Under the pieces are notes generated by a model, which made no database searches, was not told the origin of the DNA, and saw only the letters and a list, made by a program, of their open reading frames with translations. Both the position numbers and the translations under genes were made by a program. From contig JBMRGM010000035.1 of the NCBI GenBank assembly GCA_052327205.1, positions 52,452,001-52,516,000 of the forward strand: DNA of 64,000 bases. Reading direction: 5' to 3'. Shown here piece by piece: positions 11,776-23,691 of this stretch (positions within the stretch are counted from its first letter, which is position 1; each line of letters begins with the position of its first letter). The stretch is from Somniosus microcephalus (Eukaryota).

Positions 11776-12035
11776 ATGCTGATACTCTGTATAAAGTGGA
11801 AGTAGAAACATAGGAACAGGAGAAGGCATTCAGCTCCTCGAGCCTGTTTTCCCCCATTCATGGCCGTTCTGTATCTTAACTGCATCCACCTGCCTTGGCT
11901 CAGTATCCTTTTATACCCTTGCCTGGCAAAAATCTACCAATCTCTGATTTAAAATGATTAATTGTGCTTGTATTTGCTTTTTGTTTGAGAGAATTCCACA
12001 CTTCTCCCACCCTTTGTGTGAAGAAGTGTTTCCTA

Positions 12036-14150
12036 AGGGAAGGCCATGTCTGACAAACTTGATTGAATTTTTTTGAGGCGGTAACAAGGAGGGTAGATGA
12101 GGATAGTGCGTTTGATGTAGTGTATATGGACTTTAGCAAGGCTTTTGAGAAGTGTCCACATGGCAGACTGGTCAGGAAGTTAAAAGCCCATGGGATCCAG
12201 GGCAAAGTGTCAAGTTGGATTTAAAACTGGCTTGGAGGCAGGAAGCAGAGGGTAATGGTTGATGGGTGTTTTTGTGACTGGAAGGCTGTTTCCAGTGGGA
12301 TTCCGCAGGGCTCAGTACTTGGTCCCTTGCTTTTTGTGGTATATATCAATGATCTAGACTTGAATATAGGGGGTATAGCGGTCCCACGGGTTGTTCTATA
12401 CATAGAGATACATAATTCTCTTTAACTTAACTTATGCATGTATAACTTACTTTCCTTTAGTTTAACTTATTTATGCATGTATAACTTACCTAACTGTATG
12501 TATTTAATTTACTTAATTGTATTACTTACCAGTTAGGGCTGTTACCCCTTTAATGTACTTGTTGGGTCGTTGCCCCTTTAAGAGTCGACCTAACGCTCTG
12601 ACGTCACGCATCACGTGACGCATGCGCGTTTGCTGTCGACCTAACGCGCTGACGTCACGCGTTGCGTGGCGCATGCGCACTGGCCGTCGGCCCGATTCGG
12701 GCTTCCCAGGCGGCCGCCGGCATAGTCCGGCCTACCGCGACTTTGGCTGCATTGGCTAGCAGGCGGGAGCGATGAGATTCTCCGCTCCCGCAGCAAGTGC
12801 TGGCATGGCTCGGCCTGGTGACTTCGGCCTTAAAGGCCTGCTTCTGTATTGGGGGGATGCACCCACAACGGCGCAGGTCACGTGGCCGCTTGGGCGTACG
12901 TGATCGTGTTGACGTCACGACGCGGTCACGTGACAAACTAAGCCCGGGAATAAAGAGTGGAGCAGAAAGAGGCTTAGGACTCGCTCCCCACGGGACTGGG
13001 ACAACACTTACAAGATGGTGCTCCTGCAGATAACCATCTTACCTGCTGTAACTATCCTGTTCTGGTAAGACCTACAACATGGTGCTCCTGCAGTCAGCCA
13101 TCTTACCTGCTACCTTACCTGCTGTAATTATCCTGTTCTGGTAAATAAACCTCTTATTTATAGTTCGTCGAAGACTAATCTCTTTCATTTGGTGGCGATT
13201 TACTCGGACCACCACAGGGGTATGATTAAGAAGTTTGCAGATGATACTAAAATCGGCTGTGTGGTTGATACTGAAGAAGGAAGCTGTAGACTGCAGGAAG
13301 ATATCAATATATTGGTCAGGTGGGCAGAACAGTGGCAAATGGAATTCAATCCGGAGAAGTGTGAGGTAATGCATTTGGGGAAGGCTAACAAGGAAAGGGA
13401 ATACACATTAAATGGTAGGACACTGAGTAGTGTAGAGGAAAAAGGGACCTTGGAGTACATGTCCACAGATCCCTGAAGGTAGCAGGCCAGGTAGATAAGG
13501 TGGTCAAGAAGGCACACGGAATTGCTTGCATTTATTAGCCGTGGCATAGAATACGAGCAAGGGGGTTCAACTGTATAAAACACTAGTTAGGCCTCAGCTA
13601 GAGTACTGCGTGCAGTTCTGGTCACCACATTACAGGCAAGATGTAATTGCACTAGAGAGGGTACAGAGGAGATTTACAAAGATATTGCCGGGAGTAGAGA
13701 ATCTTAGCTATGAGGAAAGACTGGATAGGCTGGGTCTGTTTTCCTTGGAACAGTGGAGGCTGAGGGGAAACTTTATTGAGGTGTATAAAATTATGAGGGG
13801 CATAGATAAAGTGGATAGAAAGGACCTATTTCCCTTAGCAGAGGGGTCAAAAACCAAGGAGCACCGATTTAAAGTAATTGATGGAAGGTTTAGAGGGGAT
13901 TTGAGGGGAAATTTCTTCACCCAGAGGGTTTTGGGAGTCTGGAACTCACTGCCTGAAAGGCTGGTAGAGGCAGGAACCCTAACCACATTTAAAAAGTCTT
14001 TGGATGTGCACTTGGGATGCTCTAACTTGCAGGGCTACGGACCAAGAGCTGGGAAGTGGGATTAGGCTGGATAGCTCTTTGTTGGCCGGCGCGGACACAA
14101 TGGGCCGAAATGGCCTCCTTCTGTGCTGTAACTTTCTCTGATTCTATTAT
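12036..14150 (+). mobile_element. 5'-truncated CR1 LINE interrupted by a solo LTR
   Basis: RT fragments KFADDTK, WQMEFN, QFWSPHY...WNSLP and a CR1-type 3' tail. Confidence 0.85.
12374..13216 (+). mobile_element. Solo LTR (843 bp), CpG-rich, 4-bp TSD GGGG
   Basis: Termini TATAGCGGTCC...GGACCACCACA form an imperfect inverted repeat (TG changed to TA). Removal restores the CR1 sequence. AATAAA near 13144 and several TGACGTCA sites. Confidence 0.75.
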
Positions 14151-14399
14151 ACCATTTCATTTCCTAATTGTTTGCTGTATCTGCATGTTAACTTTCAGTG
14201 ATTCGTGTAGAAGAAGACCCAGGTCCCTCTGAACACCAACATTTCCCAATCTCTCTCCATATAAAAAATACTCTGCTTTTCTATTTTTCTGACCAAAGTG
14301 GATAACTTCACATTTCTCCACATTATATTCCGGGCCCCTCAATGACGATAAAACCCGCAGCTTCTGCCCCGCTGGACACACACGTCACAACCAACGGGA

Positions 14400-14796
14400 C
14401 AATGGTTGCTGACGTCACACAAGCCGTTTTGCCGGCTTGCTGACTTCTCACAGCCGCCGTTGCCGGGTTACATGACGTCACTGATGCTGAGGCGGCTTAA
14501 CGACTGTGCTGATTCAAATCGGTCGCCGCGCGACCACGAGCAGCGCCGCCTCCGACTGAGAATATGGGCGGGGTGCGTGGTGCTGTGCCGGGCCCCGATT
14601 GGTGGGTGCGCTGTGAATCAGCTGTTTCCACCCAATAGCAGGGGCAGATAACTGAGGCCACACTGCGCATGTCCAATGTCACCAGATGGAGACAGTTGTA
14701 GGGAAACAAAATGGCGAAAAGTGAACTTGAGAGCGCGGCGCCGGAATGGATTGACCAGAGGATCGGGACCGCCTGGACCAGGGGCTGAGTGTGAGT
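14400..14796. promoter_or_regulatory. CpG-island promoter copy 2 with a putative non-coding first exon (+), donor GTGAGT 14791
   Basis: Collinear with 4540-4952: CRE x2, GTTGCCGGGTTAC, TTCAAA, ATTGG, GC box, CTGCGCATG, AAAATGGCG. The ATG frame hits TGA before the donor. Confidence 0.7.
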
Positions 14797-15366
14797 GTCC
14801 CGGGACTGAGCCGCTGCTCGGAGCCGCGATGGGCGCAGCCCGGGGGGTGAGGAGCAGGGCTGCGAGTGAGCCGGACCCTCATCCTCCCTAAAGTGCGGGG
14901 CCCAGACTCGGCCCCCAGACCCCAGCTGGGACTGAAGCAGAGTTTGATACAGGCTCGGCTCAGCACAGCGGCCGGACTCTCGTCCTCTCACCCCGCCCGC
15001 CTCTGTCTGGAAAGCCCCGGATCCCCAGCACAGACTTTATTCTCCGCTTTGTTCACCGGTGCCGCCAGCTTCAGAGATTTGAGCACCAACACCCCCGGCT
15101 CTCTCTCTCCTCCCGCCCCCTTTAAAATCACCCCCGTTTGGCTCCTCTAGTCTCCTCATTCTCCCCCAGACTCTCCGCCCTCCCTCACACTCTCTGCACT
15201 CAATCCCACCGGTCCTGTGTCCGCCCATTCCCCCAGCCTGTCTGTCCTCCTCACTCTTCACCACACGGCCCAGGCTCGGCTCATCGGCGCGGCGCACAGT
15301 CCCGCACCGAGCCCCCGAGCTCACGGCAGCTTCACACCGACACAACCGCCCTCAGAGCCACAGACA

Positions 15367-15647
15367 GTTTGATGGGACGGTGTAGAGGGAGCTTTACTCT
15401 GTATCTAACCCGTGCTGTACCTGCGCTGGGAGTGTTTGATGGGACAGTGTAGAGGGAGCTTTACTCTGTATCTAACCCGCTGTACCTGCCCTGGGAGTGT
15501 TTGATGGGACAGTGTAGAGGGAGCTTTACTCTGTATCTAACCCGTGCTGTACCTGCCCTGGGAGTGTTTGATGGGATAGTGTAGAGGGAGCTTTACTCTG
15601 TATCTAACCTGTGCTGTACCTGCCCTGGGCGTGTTTGATGGGACAGT
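15367..15647. repeat. 67-bp satellite, about 4 units
   Basis: Unit GGGACAGTGTAGAGGGAGCTTTACTCTGTATCTAACCCGTGCTGTACCTGCCCTGGGAGTGTTTGAT repeated in tandem. Confidence 0.92.
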
Positions 15648-16705
15648 TGTACAGTGTGCCGTCTCTCTCTCCCCCCTCTGTCTCTGTAATTGAAGCAGAT
15701 TGGTTATTTTGTAAATTTATCTGAAATTTTAGAGCAAGTGACAAGCGATTCCTGCTGATCGCGTATTTCCATGTAGGACACAGATGCTTCGGGGGAGCGG
15801 AGCTCTCGGTCATGTTGAAATAATGCTAAACAGGTTACTGTAGAGACCGCCTGGCAGTGGAAGGAAACTATGTCAGCAAATCTATAAAAAGAGTAAAATA
15901 CATATCCTAATCATGGGAGATTTTAGCTACACCAAATAATCCGTCAATAAGAGGAAGGGAATGGAGTATTTGCAGTATGTTCAGGACTCCTTTCTTACCC
16001 AGTACGTAAGAAGCCCAACAAGAGAGGATTCACTGATGGATCTATAATGGGAAATGAACCAGAGCAGATAAGAGAAGTAAACTTAGGTGAAAATCTAGAC
16101 AGTATAGATCACAACATAGTAATAACGATTGACAAAGACATAAGTAGTAATAAGATTGTGAAATATCTGATTTTGAGGTGATGACAATGGAACTAGGGAA
16201 GATAAACATGGAACAGAAGAAACAGACACAGAGAGAGAGAACAGTAGTGGGAAATATTTAAAAAGGTGATCAGTAGAGTTCAAGAGAAATATATTCCACT
16301 GCAAAACAAGAACAAACTAGCCAATAATAAAACACCAGGGCTGAATAAAGAGATGAGGGTAAAATGGATACTGAAGAAAAATGCTGAGTACAGTGAAAAT
16401 AAAGGAGAGGATGACAAAAGGTAATTGGAGAAGGCTGGGAAAGTATTAGAAAAACAATTAGGAAGGTGAGAAGGAACTGCAAAATTAAATTATCAAGGAA
16501 TATTAAAAGCAATAGTGAAGTATCGTACAGGCACATAAATAATAGGAAATTCAGGATAGGGACAGAGCCACTAAAGGATCACAAGATAAACCAACAGGTA
16601 ATGACAGTGAAATGGCAGGAATATTGGATACAAAAGCCTGACCTGCTGAGTATTTGCAGCGCCTGACTGGCTGAGTATTTCCAGCATTTTCTGTTTGTTT
16701 CAGAT

Positions 16706-17473
16706 GGCCCAGAAATTCGGGTCTCCACGGGTGAGTACGCACGGGGTACTTGCCCGTAGGCCGAATGGAAGTGCCGGTTTTCTGCATGCACTGCGCATGC
16801 GCGGGAAACCGACACTTCCATTCCCCTGAAGGAAGAGGTTCAGAGGTCGAACGCGCGTGCAGGAGAGGCTGCGTGTGCGCATCAAACTTACAATTCTTTT
16901 TACAGGTTTTCCCGGGATCGTAAGCCTGCAGGATTTAGAAATATAAAAAGCAGGCGTAAGGCCTGCTTTTTACAAGGTAAGTGGTCAATTAATTAAAATT
17001 AAAAACATTTTCCACAGGTTTATTATTTTTAAATATTTTAAAGCAAGGTAAGTTTATTTTTAGCCCCGTTAGAATATAAAATTATTTTTTTCAAAAATTT
17101 AAATTATTGTTTAAAATAGTTATTTAATGTAATTTATAGTTTATTTAAAAAGTGTGATTTAAAAAAAAAAAAAAAATATTTGAATGTTTACTGCTATTTT
17201 GGGGCCGTAGTATTTAAGTCTTGACAGCTCTTCCTGTCAATACTTATGAATGGAGCATTCCCTGCTCCGATTGGCTGCCCATGGCCCACGTGATCCCAGG
17301 GGATGCATCAAACTAACTGCGCCCCTGGGACACGCAAGCACTGCGCGCCGGCAGTTGGGGCAGGCCCAGGATCAGAATTCCACGGGGGCCCACAGCACAA
17401 CGGCCGGCGCGCTAGCTAAGTGCAGGTCGGGGGCTTACACCCGCGGGGAGCCCCTGACCTGAATTTCTGGGCC
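16706..17473. mobile_element. Non-autonomous TIR element (MITE), probably PIF/Harbinger
   Basis: TIR GGCCCAGAAATTCGGGTC / GACCTGAATTTCTGGGCC, GC-rich ends and AT-rich centre, no ORF. The TIR resembles the Harbinger-like end at 61501-61521. Confidence 0.7.
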
Positions 17474-18067
17474 ATTGGATAGTTACTTTGCCTCAGTTTT
17501 TACCAGGTAGACGAAAAATGTGGACATGACATTGGAAGAAGAGATGAGAAGAGAGATCAAGACATATAAAATAGAAAGGGTGAAATAATTGATAAACTAG
17601 CAAAAGTTAGAGAATAAAACCCCTGTACTAAAAGAAGCAAGGGAGAGAGAGAACAGAGGCTCCATTATATATACTCGTGAATAGTTATTGTAGTTTCCAA
17701 ATTTACAGATGACACCAAATTCTGGTGCATAGTTAATACTGAGGAGCACTGTGACAAAATACAAGGTGTTAATAAACTGGCAGGTTGGCGTGTAAATGGC
17801 AAATTAATTTCAATATAGATAGATGAGAGATGCTACAATTTTGGTAGGAGGAATAAGGAAACATACTCCTTGTAAAGTTAATCTCTAAATGGGGTAGAGG
17901 AGCAAAGGGATCCAGAGGGACAGATGCACAAATCATTAAAAGCAGGTTAACCAGGCCATGACAATGCAGACAAAGCACTGGGGTTCATTTCTAGAATGAT
18001 AGATATGCAAAGCAGGGAAGGTATTTTAAACATGTATAGAACCTTGGTTAGACCGCACATGGAGTTC

Positions 18068-18575
18068 TAAAAGCTTTCCCACCGCCAAGGTTAAGCTGAC
18101 TGGCCTGTAATTGCCAGGTTTATCTTTCTCTCCTTGTTCGAACCAGGGTGTAACATTTGCAATCCTCCAGTCCTTTGGCACCACCCTTGTAATCGAAGGG
18201 AGGGTTGGAAGATTGTGGCCAGCACCAATGCAATTTCTACCCTTACTCCCCACAGTAACCTCGGGTGCATCCCATCCGGACCGGGTGACTTATTCACTTT
18301 ATTTACCGCCAGCCTGTCTGGTACCTCCTCTTTATCTATTTTTATGTCATCCAGTATCTGTTTTTATGTCATCCAGTATCCCAGCAATCTCCTTGTTTAC
18401 CATAACTTTGACAAATGCTCTTCCTTAGTTAACGCTGATGCAACGTACTCATTAATACCTCAGACATGCCTTCTGCCTCCACCGGTCGTTCTCCATTTTG
18501 GTTCCTAATCGGCCCCACCGCTCCTCTGACGACGCTTTTTCTGTTAATATGCCTAAAGAAGACCTTTTGGATTAC
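18068..18575 (-). mobile_element. CR1 ORF2 fragment
   Basis: Minus-strand KSPGPDGMHPRLL and DWRIANVTP...PGNYRPVSLT. Confidence 0.8.
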
Positions 18576-18578
18576 GGT

Positions 18579-18771
18579 TATGTAATTCTGTGGTGAATTC
18601 TGAAAAGCCATGGTAAAGCACTCGAAACACTCTTCAGCAATGGGCTGGGTGTCAGAGGGTCAAAACTCCGACCTTTCACCCCTACCGATCTGAAGGTCTT
18701 GTGTAAAATGAATGTGGGGATTTCAAACACAGTCCTTGGTCAGAGGTCAGATTTGTGCCAAACTAGGCCGT
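18579..18771. repeat. Unclassified 300-bp module, copy 1 (others at 25197-25503, 43727-43860, 53761-54075, 56798-57110)
   Basis: Shared text such as CCGATCTGAAGGTCTTGTGTAAAATGAATGTGGGGAGTTCAAACACAGTCCTTGGTGAGAGGTCAGATTT, all copies in the same orientation. Confidence 0.85.
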
Positions 18772-19626
18772 TTGACAGTTCAAGATTTCCACTGGGCTTT
18801 GTGTGAAGACGTGCTTCCTGATCTCACCCCTGAATGGACTGTTTATAATGTAAATATTGTGCACTCTTGTTCTGGACTCCCACACTAGAGGAAAGAGTTT
18901 CTCTGTCATTTTGACCAACTTGATTTGAGGTTTTTGACGAGGTAACAGAGGGTGGATGAGGGCTGTTCAGTTGATGCTGTGTATATGGACTTTAAAAAGT
19001 CCTTTGATGAAGTATCACGTAATAGGCTTGTTGGCAAAATTGAAGCCTGTGTGATAAAAGGGGCAGTAGCAGCAGGGATACAAAATTGTCTAAGGGATAG
19101 AAAGCAGAGAGTTGTGGTGAATGCTGTTTTTTGGACTGCAGGGAGGTATTCAGTGGTGTTCCCCGGGGATCAGTGCCAGGATAACTGCTGGTTATCCCCA
19201 GAGACCAGGTAAGGCCTCACAGTGTTGGCGGGAAACTCGAGCAGCAGAGCGGGGCTATCAAAGGCCCCAGAGACCAGGTAAGGCCTCACAGCGTCGGCTG
19301 GAAACTCGAGCGGCAGAGCGGGGCTATAAAAGGCCCCAGAGACCAGGTAAGGCCTCGCAGCGTCGGCTGGAAACTCGAGCGGCAGAGCGGGGCTATAAAA
19401 AGCCCCAGAGACCAGGTAAGGCCTACCAGTCTCCGAACTCGGAGGGAAGGAGAGAGGTAAAAAGTAATCCAAGTGTGACGTCACCAGAAAGCGGGTAAGT
19501 GATTGGTTGGTAAGTATTTCTCTTTTTTAAGCTTAAACTCTGGTTTATAGTTTCTAAGGTGCGATATTCATCATCTAGACGGTGCAGAGTGTATTGAGAA
19601 ATAATAAATTAAATTAATTACATAGA

Positions 19627-20575
19627 ATGGGCGATCAGGTGATGTGTTGCTGCTGCAATATGTGGGAGCTGGTGGACACCATTGATGCTCACGGTGATCA
19701 CATTTGCAGTAAGTGTTGGCTGCTCGAGGAATTCCGGCTCCGTGTTGAAGAGCTGGAGTCCGAGTTTCAAACACTGAGACACATCAGGGAGGGGGAGAGT
19801 TACCTGGACCCTGTGTATCAGGAGGTAGTCACACCAATTAGATTAATTAATTCAGATGTAGTCCGTAGCCAGGGTCAGGATGGTGTGACTAGAAGTGAGG
19901 CAGGTACGGGGATACAGGAGGTAGTGTTGGAGGAGCCGCAGCCCTTGCTCTTGTCCAACAGGTTTGAGGCTCTTACTCCGTGAGGATGGGAACAGGGACT
20001 GCGGGGAGGATGAGCAACCTGGCCACAGCACCGTGGAGCGGGGGGCCATTCAAGTGGGGGGAGTTAAAAGAAATGTTGTAGTGGTAGGGGATAGTATCGT
20101 TAGGGGGATAGATAGAGTTCTTTGCAGCCGAGAGCGAGAGTCCCGAAGGCTGTGTTGCCTGCCCGGTGCCAGGGTTAAGGGCATTTCCTCTGGACTGGAG
20201 AGAAACTTGGAGGGGGAGGATCCAGTTGTCATGGTCCATGTTGGTACCAACGACATAGATAGGACAAGGAAGGAGGTTCTGCTGAGGGAGTTTGAGCAGC
20301 TAGGGGCCAAATTAAAAAGCAGAACCACAAGGGTAATAATCTCTGGATTACTACCTGAGCCACGTGCAAATTTGGCTAGGGTAAATAAAATTAGAGAGTT
20401 AAATGTGTGGCTCAAAGAATGGTGTTGGAGAAATGGGTTTTGCTTCCTGGGACACTGGCGTCAGTACTGGGACAGGAGAGAGCTGTTCCGTTGGGACGGA
20501 CTTCACTTGGCCAGTGCTGGGACTAGAATCCTGGCGAATCGAATAACTAGGGCTGTAGAGAGGGCTTTAAACTAA
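19627..20575 (+). pseudogene. CR1 ORF1: zinc finger/leucine zipper plus SGNH esterase, frameshifted near 19980
   Basis: CCCCNMW...HICSKC, LRVEELESE, SNRFEAL, VVGDSIVR, HVGTND, WDGLHL. Confidence 0.88.
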
Positions 20576-20613
20576 TTAGTGGGGGGGAAGTTTTAAGAGC
20601 GCGAAAAATAAAA

Positions 20614-23600
20614 ATGACAGCGGAGAAGGCAATAGAGCAAGGTAGCAGTGGGGGAATTAAAAACCAGAGCGTGTCAGGAAGGGACAGAATATATAATGAT
20701 AAAGGTAAAGTAGTAAAAGGGGTAAAAGCAGGAATAAATTGCCAGAAAACATATTTGAAAGCTCTTTATGTGAATGCACGCAGCATTCGTAACAAAATTG
20801 ACGAGTTGACGGTGCAAATAACTACACATGGGTATGATCTGGTGGCCATTACGGAAACATGGCTGCAAGATAATCATGACTGGGAACTAAACATACAAGG
20901 GTATTTGACAATTAGGAAGGACAGACAGGAAGGAAAGGGAGGTGGGGTTGCTATGTTAATCAAGGATGGAATCACTGCAATAGTCAGAAATGATATTGGG
21001 TCAAAGGATCAGGCTAGAGAAACAGTTTGTGTGGAGATAAGGAATAATAAGGGGAAAAAGTCACTAGTGGGCGTAGTCTATAGGCCTCCTAACAGTTGCA
21101 ACTCTGTTGGTCGGAGTATAAGTCGGGAAATAGTTGGGGCTTGTAATAAGGGAACAGCTATAATCATGGAATAACAACAGAAAATGCTGGAAAAACTCAG
21201 CAGGTCAGGCAACATCCGTGGAGAGAAATTTGAGTTGACATTTCGGGTCGAACCCTTCTTCAAAACTAGAAAGAAAAGAAAATAGATCGAAGGCAGGGCT
21301 ATAATCATGGGGGATTTTAACTTTCATATTGACTGGACTAATCAAATTGGGCATGGCAGCATTGAGGAAGAGTTCATAGAGTGTATTAGGGACGGGTTCC
21401 TTGAGCAGTATGTAACTGAACCAACCAGGGGGCAGGCAATCTTAGATCTGGTCCTGTGTAATGAGACAGGATTAATAAAAAATGTCCCAGTAAAGGATCC
21501 CCTTGGAATGAGTGACCATAATATGGTTGAATTCCAAATTCAGTTTGAGGGTGAGAGAGTTGGATCTCAAACCAGCATACTAAGCTTAAATAAAGGAGAC
21601 TATGAAGGTATGAGAGTAGAATTGACTAAAGTGGACTGGGAAAACAGATTAAAGTGTAAGACGGTACAAGAGCAGTGGTCGACATTCAATGAGATATTTC
21701 ACATCTTTCAAGATAAATATATTCCACTGAGGAAAAAGGGGAGTAAAAGAAAAGACAGCCATCCGTGGCTTAGTAAAGTAATAAAGGATAGTATTCGACT
21801 GAAAACAAGGGCATATAAATTAGCCAAATCTAGTGGGAGGATAGAAGATTGGGAAGCATTTAAAAGCCAGCAAACAATAACTAAAAGATTAATTAAGAAA
21901 GGCAAGATAGATTATGAAAGTAAACTAGCAAAAAATATACAGCTATATAAAAAGAAAAAGGGTGGCTAAAGTGAACGTTGGTCCCTTAGAGGATGGGACC
22001 GGGAAAGTAGTGGTGGGGAACATGGAGTTGGCAAAGACGCTGAACAAATATTTTGCATCAGTCTTTACAGTAGCGGACACTAAAAATATCCCAACACTGC
22101 ACAAACTGGGGGCAATTGGGGGTGGGGGGTGGAGGAGCTAAGCACGATTAAAATCACTAAGGAGATGGTACTCAGTAAAATAATGGGACTTCAGGCGGAT
22201 AAATTCCCCGGACCTGATGGCCTACATCCTAGGGTCTTGAGAGAAGTGGCGGTAGGGATTGTGGATGCATTGGTGATCATTTTCCAGAACTCCCTGGACT
22301 CAGGAAAGGTCCCGGCAGATTGGAAAACTGCTAATGTAACACCCTTATTTAAGAAGGGAAGTAGACAAAAAGCTGGCAACTATAGACCAGTTAGCCTAAC
22401 ATCTGTGGTTGGCAAAATGTTGGAGTCCATTATTAAGGAAACAGTAACAGAGCATTTGGATAAACATAATTTAATAGGACAGAGTCAGCATGGTTTTACG
22501 AAGGGGAAGTCATGTTTGACAAATTTGCTCGAATTCTTTGAGGATGTAACATACAGGGTGGATAAAGGGGAACCAGTGGATGTAGTGTATTTGGACTTCC
22601 AAAAGGCATTTGACAAGGTTCCACACACAAGATTACTGATCAAGATAAAACATCACGGGATTGGGGGTAATATACTGACATGGGTGGAAGATTGGCTATC
22701 TAACAGAAAACAAAGAGTTGGGATAAATAGTTCATTCTCGGGCTGGCAATCAGTAACTAGTGGTGTTCCGCAGGGGTCAGTGCTGGGACCCCAACCCTTT
22801 ACGATCTATATTAACGATTTGGAGGAAGGGACCGAGTGCAACATATCCAAGTTTGCTGACGATACAAAGATGGGAGGGAAAGCAGTGAGTGAAGAGGACA
22901 TAAAAAACCTGCAAAAGGACATAGACAGGCTAAGTGAGTGGGCAGAGATTTGGCAGATGCAATATAATGTTGGAAAGTGTGAGGTTATGCACTTTGGCAG
23001 AAAAAATCAAAGAGCAAGTTATTATCTAAATGGAGAGAAACTGCAAAGTGCTACAGTACAAAGGGATCTGGGGGTCCTGGTGCATGAAACACAAAAAGTT
23101 AGTATGCAGGTGCAGCAGGTGATCAGGAAGGCCAATGGAATCTTGGCTTTTATTGCAAGGGGGATGGAGTATAAAAACAGGGAAGTCTTGCTGCAGTTAT
23201 ATAGGCTATTGATGAGGCCACACCTGGAATACTGCGTGCAGTTTTGGCTTCCATATTTAAGAAAAGATATACTTGCTCTCGAGGCGGTTCAGAGAAGGTT
23301 CACTCGGTTGATTCCAGAGATGAGGGGGTTGACGTATGAGGAAAGGTTGAGTAGGTTGTGACTCTACTCATTGGAGTTCAGAAGAATGAGAGGCGATCTT
23401 ATCGAAACATATAAGATTGTGCGGGGGCTTGATCGGGTGGATGCGGTGAGGATGTTTCCACTGATGGGTGAGACTAGAACTAGGGGGCATAATCTTAGAA
23501 TAGGGGGCTGCCCTTTCAAAACTGAGATGAGGAGAAACTTCCTCACTCAGAAGGTAGTAAATCTATGGAATTTGCTACCCCAGAGAGCTGTGGAAGCTGC

Positions 23601-23691
23601 AACATTAAATCAATTTAAAATGGAGATAGACATTTTCCTAGCAGATAAGGGAATTAGGGGTTACGGGGAGAGGGCAGGGAAGTGGACGTGA
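20614..23691 (+). pseudogene. CR1 ORF2 (APE + RT), broken by an insertion, frameshifts and a stop
   Basis: YVNARSIRNK, ITETWL, GDFN, SDH, NYRPVSLTS, YLDFQKAFDK, QGSVLGP, FADD. Confidence 0.92.
21170..21297 (-). mobile_element. Penelope-like terminal fragment with a 13-bp target duplication
   Basis: GCTATAATCATGG at 21157-21169 and 21298-21310. Minus strand reads TTGAAGAAGGGTTCGACCCGAAA, a degenerate hammerhead-like core, then CTGACCTGCTGAGTTTTTCCAGC. Confidence 0.65.

Noticed and set aside
19121-19498. Repetitive 125-aa ORF
   Set aside because: Translation of the 69-bp CR1 5'UTR monomers.
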